Part shown: one piece after another, positions 13,971 to 26,644 of the stretch
Layout of the letters: each line of letters begins with the position of its first letter
Position numbering within the stretch: position 1 is the stretch's first letter
NCBI RefSeq assembly: GCF_006345805.1
Contig: NC_042999.1
Location: 81,282,001 to 81,346,000, forward strand
Length of the DNA stretch: 64,000 bases
Reading direction: 5' to 3'
DNA from: Octopus sinensis
Taxonomy: Eukaryota
The notes under the pieces: model-generated
Told to the model about the DNA's origin: nothing
Databases searched by the model: none
The model's input: only the letters and a program-made list of their open reading frames with translations
Translations under genes and position numbers: made by a program

Positions 13971-14563
13971 AATAGTAAAAAGTGAAAAAACTACAGAAGG
14001 CTTGTTTTAAAAGGTTAAAAAATATATATTTGAGTCATTATGTCAGAAGAATGTTATAATTTTTTTTCATACAGTGACATAGTTTTTGAAGAAATTACCG
14101 GTTTCGTGTTAACTTTTCAAATTTCTAAAAACATTGTTATGATTTCGTTAAGAAGTGTTAGTTAGTTAGTTAGTTAATTTGGCTCAAAAGCAAATAGCAA
14201 GGCCATGTAGGGGGACATGGAGTTAAGTACAGGGTGGTGTTCATGTAAAGAGTTCAGGCCACTGGAGGTCCAGGGAGGAGTTCCAGGTAAGGGGAGGTAA
14301 TAGGTGATTTCTGTCGTTTAAGTGAAATAAGTGAAATCACTTATTAGCTCCCCTTACCTGGAACTCTTCTTTACACTTCTTAACTAAATCATAACAATGT
14401 TTTGAGAAATTTGAAAAGTTAACACGAAACCGGTAATTTCTTCAAAAACTATGTCACTGTATGAAAAAAATTTATAACATTCTTCTGAAATAATGACTCA
14501 AATATATATTTTTTAACCTTTTAAAACAAGCCTTCTGTAGTTTTTTCACATTTTACCATTTTC
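13968..14563. mobile_element. 596-bp fold-back/MITE-like element with an insertion in the left arm
   Basis: 13968-14158 pairs with 14373-14563; 14278-14310 pairs with 14334-14366; TA at both ends. Confidence 0.85.
14159..14277 (-). mobile_element. Probable LINE 3' tail inserted in the fold-back arm
   Basis: 119-bp segment with no partner in the other arm; minus strand ends in a (TAAC)n tail. Confidence 0.55.
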
Positions 14564-14602
14564 TATATATTCAACCACGTGCTTTCACACACCAACTTTC
14601 TC

Positions 14603-14683
<81 letters not shown>

Positions 14684-14688
<5 letters not shown>

Positions 14689-15088
14689 CGCAGGATGGCT
14701 GTGTGGTAAGTAGCATGTTTACCAACCACATGGGTCCGGTCTCAGTCGCACTGCGTGGCACCTTGGGCAAGTGTCTTCTACTATAGCCTCGGGCCGACCA
14801 AAGCCTTGTGAGTGGATTTGGTAGACGGAAACTGAAAGAAGCCCGTCGTATATTTGTATATATATATATGCGTGTGTATGTTTATGTGTCTGTGTTTGTC
14901 CCCCTAGCATTGCTTGACAACCGATGCTGGTGTGTTTACATCCCCTTCACATAGCGGTTCGGCAAAATAGACCGATAAAATAAGTACTGGGCTTACAAAA
15001 GAATAAGTCCCGGGGACGATTTGCTCGATTAAAGGCGCTGCTCCAGCATGGCCGCAGTCAAATGACTGAAACAAGTAAAAGAATAAAA
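14684..15088 (+). mobile_element. tRNA-derived SINE family A, full-length copy
   Basis: Head tggctgtgtggtaag...ccggtctcagtcgc (A/B-box-like), body, internal TA/TG tract, tail gactgaaacaagtaaaagaataaaa; at least seven other copies in the window. Confidence 0.88.
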
Positions 15089-15119
15089 TATATACATATA
15101 TTTCTGTGTCCTTGCACAA

Positions 15120-15990
15120 GTGTCCACCTTTCCCTCCACGACACTAACCATGCTCTGCGTCTATTCAACTCCTTCTTCTCTCCTGGCCCCTCTAAACTTA
15201 TCTTCACTCTTGATATCAAGAGTCTATTATACGGTGATGCCACACAACGAAGGACTTCTTCCCCTCAAACACTTCTAGTCAGACCTTTGAAACATCCTCC
15301 AGCCTGACATCTCCACACTTCTTCGTGTGGCTGAACTTGTTCTCTCCCTCAACTGTTTCCTGTTCGGGGAGGATCTTTACCAACAGGTCTCGCGGCTGGC
15401 CACTGGAACGAGAATTGGCGCCAACTATACGAATCTGTTCGTTGGTTACGCTGAAGTCCAAATTTTAACACTATTCACTTGTACTACTTCCGAACTACAC
15501 GATCGTTATATTGATAAAAGTATCATAACCCCCCACTACACCACATACACTAGCACTGACCACTTCCCAGCACCCACACCGCACATCAGGATATGCACGC
15601 CCAAATAACGCCATTCGCACATCCACATACCCACACATTGCATACGCACACAACGACACATAGCCCCTATCCACACATACACACATTCTCACATGCATAC
15701 ACACATTCTCACATGCATACACACGCATGCGTACCTTCATTTTGGGATCACCAGTACTTTATTACCTCCTCTTCTTTCTACCTCTCCTGTCCATCTTTTT
15801 CCCCAACCAGTCGCCTTGCTTGATCGCTAACTCTACAAGGTTTTCTCTGTTTATTTCTTTATTTGCTCAAATTCCTTTCTGTTGAAGAGCATCGGCTCGA
15901 AACCTAGAAGACTCACTTTCCTGAGCGTCAAACTAATACACCTGCTTGTTGTTCATACACCTGTGTTCGCCTTTGGTTTTTCTGTAAATT
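15120..15990 (+). mobile_element. Penelope-like RT relic followed by an HHR-bearing terminal repeat
   Basis: KLIFTLDIKSL; AELVLSLNCFLFGEDLYQQV..ATGTRIGANYTNLFVGY..RYID; terminal repeat about 15800-15990 homologous to 30580-30790 and 57127-57325. Confidence 0.78.
15875..15910 (+). ncRNA. Minimal hammerhead-like motif (A6U core variant)
   Basis: CUUU CUGUUGA A GAGC AUCG GCUC GAAAC CUA GAAG. Confidence 0.6.
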
Positions 15991-16751
15991 CCAACTATAT
16001 ATATACATGATAAGCATAACTGTAAAACATATTTATATAGTTTATATATCTACGTATGTGATATGTGTAAATAAATATTTTAAAGAAAATATGAAACATA
16101 CGGTGCAAGCACCCTAATATATGTGGTAGGGCGAATCTTCGTCTGAGGCTCCAACATCTCTAAACATTTACCATTGCTTTGAATTTCCTATATTATTGCT
16201 GCTCAGTTTCAATACTGGATCGTAGAGGACAAGGAGACCGTGTCCTGGTATCACCTGATGTGGTCTTCTTCGTATCTTACAAATATTCCTATGTACAATT
16301 AGCGAAGCCTTAATCAATAAACGAAGCATCAGATCATTTCTATGCTCGTAGAGAAGACCTATTGTATTTTTGTATTTTTGCCCAAAGGTTGCGGGCAAGA
16401 ATCTATTACTTTTGTAGTGTTTTGAGTACAAGTGGTGTATTTCTGATCAAGCACTTACATTGGCTGACTGCAGTTCCTAAATTTTATTCTTTCTACCTTT
16501 CTGCTGCTTTTTTTTGTCCTCTACCAATTGACTCTTACATTCGTATATGTAGCCACTAAAAGTTCTGTACTGCATCACCGATCCCGTTATCTTTCTCTTT
16601 CCACGTGCAATAAGAGTTTACTACTTTCAGATTGACTTGTTGTCTTCGAGGGTCATGAGAATTAGCATGGCTATTGAGAACTCTGTTGACCAGTCCTTTG
16701 CAGGAGAGGCAAATGTGAATCAAGGGTTTCCTAATATAGTGCAACACAGAA

Positions 16752-16950
16752 GGCGGTAAGCTAGCAAAATCATTAGCACGCCGGGAAAAGTGCTTTAACT
16801 ACATTTCGCCCATCTTTACGCTCTGAGTTCAATTCCACCGAGGTCAAATCTGCTCTTCATTATTTCGGGGTCGATAAAATATATACCAGTCAAACACTGG
16901 GACTTTACACCGTACCCTGAAATTCCGGCCCCGTGCTAAGATTTGAAACA
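16752..16950 (+). mobile_element. SINE family C copy
   Basis: ggcggtaagctagcaaaatcattagcacgccggg...ctgagttcaattcc (B box)...ggggtcgataaaat; related copies at 17320, 24670, 34910, 43600, 58870 and 63100. Confidence 0.75.
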
Positions 16951-17319
16951 AATATATAACAATACAGCACTGTGGATATACTTTCTATGTATAATTTGTA
17001 TTTATCTTTCGTATCGCTCTAAACTTCAACGACATGGGATACATAAATGTCCGTCTAGTTCCTTTCGCTTGTACACTGTCAATCTATACCTCCGCGACAT
17101 CGTTCCCCAAATGCTACAACAATTGTACTTATAAGACACGTCCGTTGTTTTGAGAAGCTGATATATGTAATATTCCTACGTTCAAAATTTTAAAATATTT
17201 ACTAGAACATCTACTATGGATTCAGCTTCAACACGCTGTTTCTGCTAACATCTAGTTCTGATGACTAGAAAATGCGTAGAAGTAGGGAGTTATACAATAT
17301 TAATAACATAACAATAATC

Positions 17320-17515
17320 CTTTCTTGTTTAGATGTAAGGGAAACAATTTTGCTGGAGGGGCTAGTCAATTATATCGATTCCATTAGTCAATTGGTACTT
17401 ACTCCATTCACTCTGAAAAGATGAAAGGCAAAGTTCACTGCGGCGAAATTTGAAGCTAGAATGTATAGACGGAAGAAATAACGTTTAGCATTTTGTCCAA
17501 CGTGTTTACGAAACT
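17320..17515 (-). mobile_element. SINE family C copy, degenerate
   Basis: Reverse complement resembles 16752-16950. Confidence 0.6.
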
Positions 17516-18162
17516 ATCCAATGACTAAATTATCTAGCCCATTAAGCAAGGGCTTAAAGCTATCATTTCTTGGTCAAAACACACACACACATACACAAAA
17601 CTACACACTCACACGACATGCACACGTACACACAAACATGCACACACATATCTAAATATATACCTACACATGTATGTATTATTTTCCTATCATGTATTCT
17701 ACACCACCAAGCTAGACGGAGCCTTTCATCGCAAGGAAGAACAACATGAATTTTCCGCTAAACTATTTCAATGGTTAACATAACTAATACAGTTCCCATA
17801 AAATGTTCATGTGTTGTTTCGATATAATTTCACAAACCATCACAGATTTCATATTACCTTTAAAATAATGTTATGGTTATGACTCATTTGGCATCACAAA
17901 TCGATCGCTTAATAGGGTGACGGAAGGGTCATATTCGTAAAATATCACTGTCACTGCTAAATTGCCCACGCCACCAAGTTCCAATCAAAAACAATCAACT
18001 AGACAGCAGTTTATTTAAAATGATCGAGAGCAGCGTTTAATTAGAAAATGCAGTACAATGTATCAGATAAAGTATTTGGCATACCGAATGATAATTTATG
18101 CCTAACAAATATCGCTTGGAGTTTTATAGCAGAATATAATATTCTATTATATATATATATAT

Positions 18163-18230
<68 letters not shown>

Positions 18231-18808
18231 GAGAGAGAGACAGAGATAGACAGACAGACATAAATATAGAGTCAGGACACATACGAGTTTAAAGTATATA
18301 TATCTTTAACCGCGTGACTTCCACTAGATCACTGCCTTTTCGCAACCTTGTTAATGTATTATTAATTTCGGTTTGGAAGAAATAATCCGTACATGTTTGT
18401 ATTGATATATATATATCCAGCATTATATAAAACTATTGTATTACCACAAATTAATGCTCGGTTTCTTTCTCTGCGTATTTTATGAATATACACTTCTACC
18501 TAAAAATGCCGAGCATACTTATTATTGTAAGATGTACGCATGATTTCTTTCATACTGAAATTAATACGTTTAATATTCAGTTTAACACCCGGCCACCAAA
18601 GCCAAAACGAAAAAAGTGTAATAGGAGAAGAAATTGTGTAGTAAACGAATTAGAAAACAATAATTTGGGCAAACGAAATGCGGGTGGGGAGAAGAGTTTC
18701 GGAATATTCACACGATCCGATTTTTCCCTCATAACTTCCAGCATCGGTGGCGGGGTCAAGCGCAAACACACAAAAATATACATATACATATAATATATAA
18801 TACATACA

Positions 18809-18840
<32 letters not shown>

Positions 18841-18843
<3 letters not shown>

Positions 18844-19175
18844 CGGACCTCTTTCAGCTTCCGTCTACCAAATCCATTGAGAAGGCTTTGGTCTGTTCGA
18901 AGTTATAGTAAAAGACACTTTCCACAGGAGCCACGTAGTGGGACTGAACCTGGAACTATATGGTCGGTAACTAAGCTACTTACCGCTCAAACACTCCTTT
19001 TATTCTTTTACTTCTTTCAGTCATTTGACTGCAGTCATGCTTGGGCACCACGTTTTAGGCGAAGAAATCGACCCTACAATTTATTCTTTGTACGTCTGGT
19101 GCTTATTCTATCAGAATATTTTGCTGAACAGCTAAGTTACGGTGATATAAACACACCAAGATCAATTGTCATGCA
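18841..19175 (-). mobile_element. SINE family A, two antisense segments
   Basis: cgacggacctctttcagcttccgtctaccaaatcc...; tail ttcagtcatttgactgcag. Confidence 0.8.
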
Positions 19176-19250
19176 ATGAGGGAGAATAAAGACAAAGACA
19201 CGCGCGCGCGTACACATACACACACACACACTGATATATATGTATATATA

Positions 19251-19410
19251 CGACGGGATTCATTCAGTTTCCGTTTACGTAATCCACTCACAAGGCTTTG
19301 TTCGGCCCCCCGTGATAGTAGAAGACACTTGCCCAAGGTGTCATGCAGTGAGACTGTACCCAGAACCGTGTGGTTGAGAAACAAGCTTTCTTCCCATAAA
19401 GCCACACCTA
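19251..19410 (-). mobile_element. SINE family A 5' half
   Basis: cgacgggattcattcagtttccg...gacacttgcccaaggtgtcatgcagtg. Confidence 0.8.
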
Positions 19411-19929
19411 GTTATTTATTTGGTTGTTTCTGTATGTGTATATGTGTGTGTGAACGTTAGAAACATATTCACTTTGAACAATCTATGAAGGTACGTGCAT
19501 GATTAAGAAATACTTTTACCGGCAGTGTAGCGACGGTTTCCACCTACGATGTATATATATATATCAAACGAATGTCTTATAAAACTATTCCGCACATACA
19601 ATAGCAGCCATACCAACCTAACACACCTCCATCGTTAGCTGCCATACGGATATAACTATATATATAATAAGAGGCGTAGAGAGAGTCGGAATAACCGACA
19701 CATGGATACTTACGTGCATATATGCAATATATGCACAAACATATGGACACTTATGCATACAAGCATGTTTACTGACAACCTATGTGTAGCACCTCTGAGT
19801 ACAAGGTATTTCGCTAATTTGAAGGCCTCCCGACCTAGTGAAAGGATCTTACACTTCTAATTTCGAAGTGTTATCATCATTAGAAGTAAAGTAATTTCCA
19901 TGATTTGCTTTAGTTTATTTTATATCGTA

Positions 19930-21183
19930 CGAGGGGCGTTCAATAAGTAATGCCCCTGACCCACTTGCAGTTGTTTGATCTAGCTGAAATTTTGCATGTG
20001 CACTTATTTATACTTCTATAGATTAAGTGAACTAATTGTGGTTTCTGATTTACAGGTGTTTGAACTGATTCAAGTGTGAAATGGAGCCTGTTGAGTGTCG
20101 AGCAGTGATCTGATTTTTGTATTTGAAAGGACGCACACCACGGGAGACTTTTGATGAAATGAAAGTAACTTATGGTGATGATGCCCCATCATATGACCTT
20201 GTAAAACGCTGGCATTGTGAATTCAAACATAGTCGGAACTCTGTGGAAACCGCTCCCAGATCTGGTCGCCCTTTTCTGCCGTTGATGAGACGTCTGTCCG
20301 TCAAGTTGAGGCTGCCATTTTGGAAGGTCAACGCATAACTATTCGCCAAATAGCCCATAAGGTCAAGATTAGTACCGGGTCTGTGGAAATAATCATTCAT
20401 GACCATTTGCATATGCAAAAGGTGTCTGCCAGATGGATTTCCAGGTTGCTCACACCTTTCCAGAAGCAAGAACGCGTCGAGTGCTCGAGGATGAATTTGG
20501 AGATGTGCCAAGAAGATGAGTCAAAATTTTTCAAAAGACTAATCACACAGGATAAAACCTGGGTCCATCACTATGATCCATAGACCAAAGCCCAGTCAAT
20601 GCAGTGAAAGCACCGTGACTCACCTCCTCCAAAGAAGGCAAGGGTGCAGCCCTCCGCTGACAAGGTTATGCTCACAGTCTTCTGGGACCAGGAAGGAGTA
20701 GTGATGATAGATTTCCTGGCAAAGGGTACCCCAATTACAGGAGCCTATTATGCTTCACTTTTGAGGAAATTAAGAGAAGCTATCAAAATCAAGAGGCGGG
20801 GCAAGATCAGCAAAGGCATCCTCCTCCTGCAGGACAACGCTCCGGTCCACAACTCGCGTGTCGCCAGATCAGAAGCACAGGCGTACAGCTATGAACTCCT
20901 CCCCTTGCACCCTCTGATTTTCACCTCTTCCCAGCCATGAAGTTGATTTTGAAAGGAAAGCGTTTCCCAGATGATGCAGCCTTGATTTCTGAAGTCACGT
21001 CGTGGTTGGAGGACCAAGCTGGGGTCTTCTACAAAAACGGTCTCCAGAGCTGTATCAAACGATAGGAGAAATGCATAACTCTGGGTAGTTCCTATGTAGG
21101 AAAAGACTAATAACTGTGCCAAGTGTCGTTGCTCTACTGCTATGGGAAGTGGGTCAGGGGCGCTACTTATTGAATGCCCGTCG
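19930..21183 (+). mobile_element. Full-length mariner DNA transposon (about 1254 bp)
   Basis: 37-bp TIRs cgaggggcgttcaataagtaatgcccctgacccactt / aagtgggtcaggggcgctacttattgaatgcccgtcg, with TA at 19928-29 and 21184-85. Confidence 0.95.
20081..21110 (+). pseudogene. Mariner DDD transposase, disrupted by stops and frameshifts
   Basis: MEPVECRAVI*FLYLKG..., KVSARWISRLLT, ITQDKTWVHHYDP, KVMLTVFWDQEGV, LLLQDNAPVH, LAPSDFHLFP. Confidence 0.92.
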
Positions 21184-22719
21184 TATATGGCCATAGACAC
21201 AACGTCCGACTCATGTGTTACCGGTTTCCGCCATCTGAAAAGCATACATGGAAAGTATAAACATTACTCTCTTCTTCCTAAATGTACATGTGTGTTGAGA
21301 TAGCTTCGATGATGGAAATATCACTCATCGAAGTGTGAGCAGTTTTAGATGGATGAAGCCAGTGCGTTTACATTTTGTCCATGGAGAAATACAATGATGC
21401 TGAACACAAGAATAGGAATTAGCAGTTGGTGCATAGTCTGTTATAGGAAAGTAGAGTACTAAATAATAAATGTTTTTAAGAATGGTTTAATGACCTGTTG
21501 GTTCGTTCAACACGTCCGACCACTGGTAACTTTACGTGCTCTGGAATCTGTATATAAAGATAATGCATTCAATGAACTATCAATCTAATGAGTTATGATA
21601 CTGCCAAAATGACGTAACCAATCCTTTAGATTTACATTATCGCAAAAGTTTACGCCAAACAATTCTGTTTCTCAGTCCTGATATGGATCGATTTTTCATT
21701 TATCCCTCGAGGTCAATTATCTGAATACCAACACGGCTGAAGAATTTGCTTTTATCAGGTATATTATTCCCTCTTTAAAAAATAAATGGCCATGGTGACT
21801 AAGTAAAAGCAAACGATTGTTCAGCAGTTTTAGGAAAATTTACCAATATGAGTGCCAAGAACCAATGTAATATGGACAAGAGATCTGCTTTTGTGCTTTC
21901 GTATTTTGTATATTGATCTCACTCATAACAAAAGACTGTTTTCCCTTCAATAGAAAAGTCGGGTAGCTTTTTTTTCTTCTTTGTATATTTTTTGTACGTG
22001 AGCTGATCCACGCCTTCGGTGTGCAATGTGAGTCAAGTGATTGATGAGTGGTCAGAAAATATGATATTAAAGTGGTCATTAATCTGATATGCAAAAGATA
22101 GAATATTGACCAAGGAACGAAATACGAAAGAACTTTCCTTTCTTCTATAGATTTGTGAATATTTTACTTTTATTTATTTTATTGTATATTTCTATTTTCC
22201 AGGCCAACAACTGATAAAACAGATAATTTTCTATAGATTTTTTCAAGAGGTAATGATAAACGAAACCATATGCATCGATTTCTAGATATGTCATATATTA
22301 TATAGCTTAAATTCCGAATTTTGTTTCGGCATTTCTTGAAGGCAAAGAAAAGCAGAATCTGAAATATCAAAATATCATTATACGACATACATACGCATTT
22401 ACACACAGAAAAACAAATACACACACATTTGCGTGTGCATATGCTCCGTAAATAGCCTTTCAATATCAAATAGTTAATAGAGAAAAGGAGTGGCTTTTAG
22501 GCATAGAAAATTGGGTATGAATCTGACCTAGAGGTTCGGCGTAGCAAGCGATTGACTCAGAGCATTACAATGAAAACCTATTAGAGATACCTTGGAGAAT
22601 ATGCACTATCATCATCTCCATCAGAATTATTGTTACTGTCTGTGTTCTCATCAGCGCTAAACTCCAGACAATTATTGTTATCATAGCCTCCACACCGAAT
22701 ACAATTATAATTACCACCA

Positions 22720-22955
22720 TCACCGCCAATGTGGTCAGCATTTAACATCGTCACCATGATCATCATGATCACCATCGTCGTCATAATCATCATCATCATT
22801 ATTATAGCAGTCGTCGTCATCGTCATCATCGTCGTCGTTATGATCTCACTCCGCATCCTCATCATCGGTATATTATGATCTTCCTCATCATCAATATCAC
22901 TACGATTATCATCATCATCATCATCATCCTAATCCTCATCATCGTCGTCGTCATC
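22720..22955. repeat. Degenerate (CAT/CGT)n trinucleotide region
   Basis: Direct sequence; source of the poly-I/M/T pseudo-ORFs. Confidence 0.85.
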
Positions 22956-24074
22956 AAAATTTTTGCTACAATCAGCAGTAACTGCGTCGCTTTTATTATG
23001 AATAATATCACCATAACAACAATTTCATACGCATACATTCTATACTTGTTGGCTAACCACCATTTTTCACCAGAGCATTTTTCTGAAAGAAAACGTTGAT
23101 TTTTTAGTAAATGATATTTTGAACCAAAACATTAATTTATGATACGTTGTAAAGATCTTTGTCCAAAAATTCTAAACTTTGACGCCTAAAATTATGAGTT
23201 TCATACTAATTTATTCACAGACATAAAAAAAAAAATTAATATGGAAGTACTTGGGAGTACTGGGGTTATGTGAAACTTATGGATCGATGAGTTACATAAG
23301 ATTTTCAGGCCCAAAGTGTAGCATAAAAAGGATAATCATAAGACATGTTCAGCAATGAACATATCAAATCTCACATTGCAATAAATATGTTGATAGTGAC
23401 CTTGATAGAATGATTCATGCCGAGTGAAAATATCTATCAATGCCAGTAGGAAGTAACTTTATACACACACACGCACACAAAGTCAAACAAACATACATAT
23501 ATGACCAATAGTAAAACCCGTTCAACAAAGGGTTATTTCTCTACGCTCCAATATTAGAATATGATGTGCAAAACTGAAAACATTCTACACAATACGATAT
23601 ATTTTATAGAATTTCAAATGTCCTCATTCAGATACTGTAATGTTAAATTTATAAAGATCCACTGCAGGAGGCAAAGGTGAGGAGAGACGTACGACCTGAA
23701 TTGGTTATTTTCGCCGTCATTCGTGCAAATTGAACCTATAATTTGAAAGAACTTGGTATGGCAATACAAATTTAAATTGCTGAAAAAGTTTTGTATTTTA
23801 TTAAATTGGGAATATAATATATAATATAACTGCTCCTGATAATGTTCAAGAAAACAGAAATCTAGGTTTAGCAATTTCACTGCTGCTGTCAGACAGTGTA
23901 AGTGCGCTAGCGTTTGGCTTCTCTGCGGTTTAGTACATTATGTCGGTACGAAATGCTGTATCTGGAGGCATATCGCAGTTTCATGATTTTCTGTATATCC
24001 ACACATATTGAACTAAATATCTAACTATAGTCATCGACTGGTTGTAGGAAGTTTACTCCTTAATAACAAGCTTA

Positions 24075-24245
24075 TGTATTCTGTCGTATGGCGTATGACC
24101 TATGGCAAATGTCTTTTGTTTGCTTCGGGCCTAACAAAATCATGTGAGTCGTATTTGTAAACGAAAACTGAAAGAAGCCCGTCGTATATATATATGTGTG
24201 TTTGTGTGTGTGTAAGTGTGTGTATGTGTGTATAAGTAAATATAA

Positions 24246-24323
<78 letters not shown>

Positions 24324-24545
24324 CATATATGTATGTATATATTTATGTATGCAAGTATGTATGTATGTATGTATGTATGTGTGGGTGAATGTCCAACCCA
24401 GCCCAATTGATAACCGGTGACTGATAGCATAAGTACCAGGTTAAAAAAAATATGTACTGTTGTCGATTCTTTCGACTAAATCTATTCAAAGTGGTGCTCC
24501 AGCATTGCCACAGTCTAAATTATTGAAGCAAGTAAAAGACAAATG
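24075..24545 (+). mobile_element. SINE family A, degenerate copy with expanded internal (TA)n
   Basis: gaaaactgaaagaagcccgtcgtata...ggtgctccagcattgccacagtc...gcaagtaaaagac. Confidence 0.75.
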
Positions 24546-25692
24546 AAGGTAATACTGCTTCTGCCGTTAGTGTCGAACACATTTTTTGAAACAATTGTTA
24601 GTTCATTAAGCAACGTATTTTTAAAATTATCCAATCTTTTTACGTAATGATATTTGATTTACACAGCCAATAATTTTGACAGGAGGGGTGCAATCGATAA
24701 CAACGCGCCCATTACTTGACTGTTATTTTGTCGATCATGAAACAATGAATGAAAGTGTTAACCTGGAGGGGATTTGAAAGCAGGAACTAAAGAGATTCAA
24801 CAAAGAGATTTTTCCCCAAACTCTATCGATTGTGTCAGCTGCCTACCTAGTGTATTATTTTCATAATACTAGGTTCAAGCATTTAGACGAATTCCTGGTT
24901 GATAATACGAATTTATGAGGTTGTGGTGAATTTGTTATATAATTTAATCGATAACATGATGCTTAGAGGTACGAAAACACTATATTCGACATGAGAAAAT
25001 ATTTCTTTGTGACATATAATTCTTTAATTTCAATTCCTTCAAAGTAAGCATTTAAAAATAACTGTTTTAGGGCTATACTCTTGACTTAAAATATCATTGA
25101 ATAGATTAACGTTTTACTATCTTCAATTCACGAACAATTTTCTAATCAATGGAACCTCGTTTTCCCTAAATATAAGTGCAAATCATCCCTGTCGTTCGTC
25201 TTTTTAAGAATTGAATCCTCCATCGTTTTTATGTTTAAAACAAAAACATGTTTGCTGGCAATGTAAGGAAATGCCGCTTTGTTTCGTCGCCATTGTAAAT
25301 ATTCTCAGGGGAAAATTTTTAACTAATTCTTAACCACACAATCTTAATTCAGACTTCTAGCAATTAATACAATCGATGCTTTCTTCGTCATGAGCGAATG
25401 TATTCACGTCATTCACTCATCGTTTCCACATGTTAAATGAGTTCTCAATTAGTGTAAAGATCTCTTTATTCATAAGTTTTCCGAAATCTTTCTTTTCACA
25501 CAATAGTGGATCACTACGTAAAGTATTGTTTTCACGAACATAGCCAAAGCAACTTTGCATGTGTGTGATTTTACCAAATCGCGTAACATACACCACATGT
25601 CAACATTAACAAGTGATGGTTTTTCATTTCTAAGAATAGTTTTTGTGTTTGAAGAATACGTATAATATACGTACATGCATGCATCTACATTC

Positions 25693-26190
25693 AGGCGTGG
25701 CTGTGTGGTAAGAAGCTTGCTTCTCAACCACATAGTCTTCGGTTCAGTCCCACAGCGTGGCACCTTGGGCGACTGTCTGCTACTATATGATCTCGTGAGG
25801 GCGCGTGGCTTAGTGGTTAGGGCATTCGGCTCATGATCGTAAGGTTGTGAGTTCGATTCCCGGCGACGCGTTGTGTCCTTGAGCAAGACACTTTATTTCA
25901 CGTTGCTCCAGTCCACTCAGCTGGCAAAAATGAGTTTTACTTGTATTTCAAAGGGTCAGCCTTGTCACTCTCTGTGTCACGCTGATTATCCCCGAGAACT
26001 ACGTTAAGGGTACACGTGTCTGTGGAATGCTCAGCCATTTGCACGTTAATTTCACGAGCAAGCTGTTCCGTTGATCGTATCAGCTGGGACCCTCGTCGTC
26101 GTAACCGGCGGAGTCTTTTTTATATGATCTCACAGTGACCAAAGCCTTGTGAGCGGATTTGGTTGACGTAAAATGGAAGTCCGTCGTATA
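25693..26190 (+). mobile_element. SINE family A copy interrupted by a family B SINE
   Basis: Head ggcgtggctgtgtggtaagaagcttgc; body resumes at gaccaaagccttgtgagcggatttgg after the insertion. Confidence 0.88.
25795..26120 (+). mobile_element. tRNA-derived SINE family B, complete, with 11-bp TSD
   Basis: A box TGGCTTAGTGG, B box GAGTTCGATTCCC, gtgtccttgagcaagacact core; TSD tatatgatctc at 25784-25794 and 26121-26131. Confidence 0.92.
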
Positions 26191-26269
26191 TATATATGTT
26201 TGTGTGTTCGATTCTATCTATCCATCAATATATATATGCATGTTATGCATATATATATATATACATATC

Positions 26270-26510
26270 TCCTACTATAGCATCAGGCCGTCCAAATATT
26301 TGTGAGTGGATGTTGGTAGACGGAAACTGAAAGAAATTCTTGTATATATGTGTGTGTGCAGCACCACCGCTTGACAACTAATGTTGCTTTCTTTACGTCT
26401 CTGTAATCTAGTGGTTCGGCAAACAAGACCGATAGAATAAGTACTAGGATTAAAAGAACGCTACTGGTGTCGATTCATTCGACTAAATGTCTCCAAATGT
26501 CTTCAGTTCT
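26270..26510 (+). mobile_element. SINE family A 3' part
   Basis: ggtagacggaaactgaaagaa...gtggttcggcaaacaagaccgatagaataagtact. Confidence 0.75.
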
Positions 26511-26532
26511 TTCAATATACCCCACCAAACAA

Positions 26533-26554
26533 CATTATTATTATTATTATTATA

Positions 26555-26641
<87 letters not shown>

Positions 26642-26643
26642 TA
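26533..26643. repeat. (TAT)n microsatellite at the 3' end of the adjacent LINE
   Basis: Direct sequence. Confidence 0.95.
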
Positions 26644-26644
26644 T

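Noticed and set aside
16150-16750. Possible degenerate LINE relic
   Set aside because: No motif could be assigned with confidence
18482-18793. 103-aa basic ORF (RPPKPKRKKCNRRR)
   Set aside because: No recognisable homology and it ends in a microsatellite; tblastn or RNA-seq would be needed
25799-25870. tRNA-Met(CAT)-like gene
   Set aside because: Acceptor and anticodon stems are poor; it continues into a SINE body and has a TSD, so it is a SINE head
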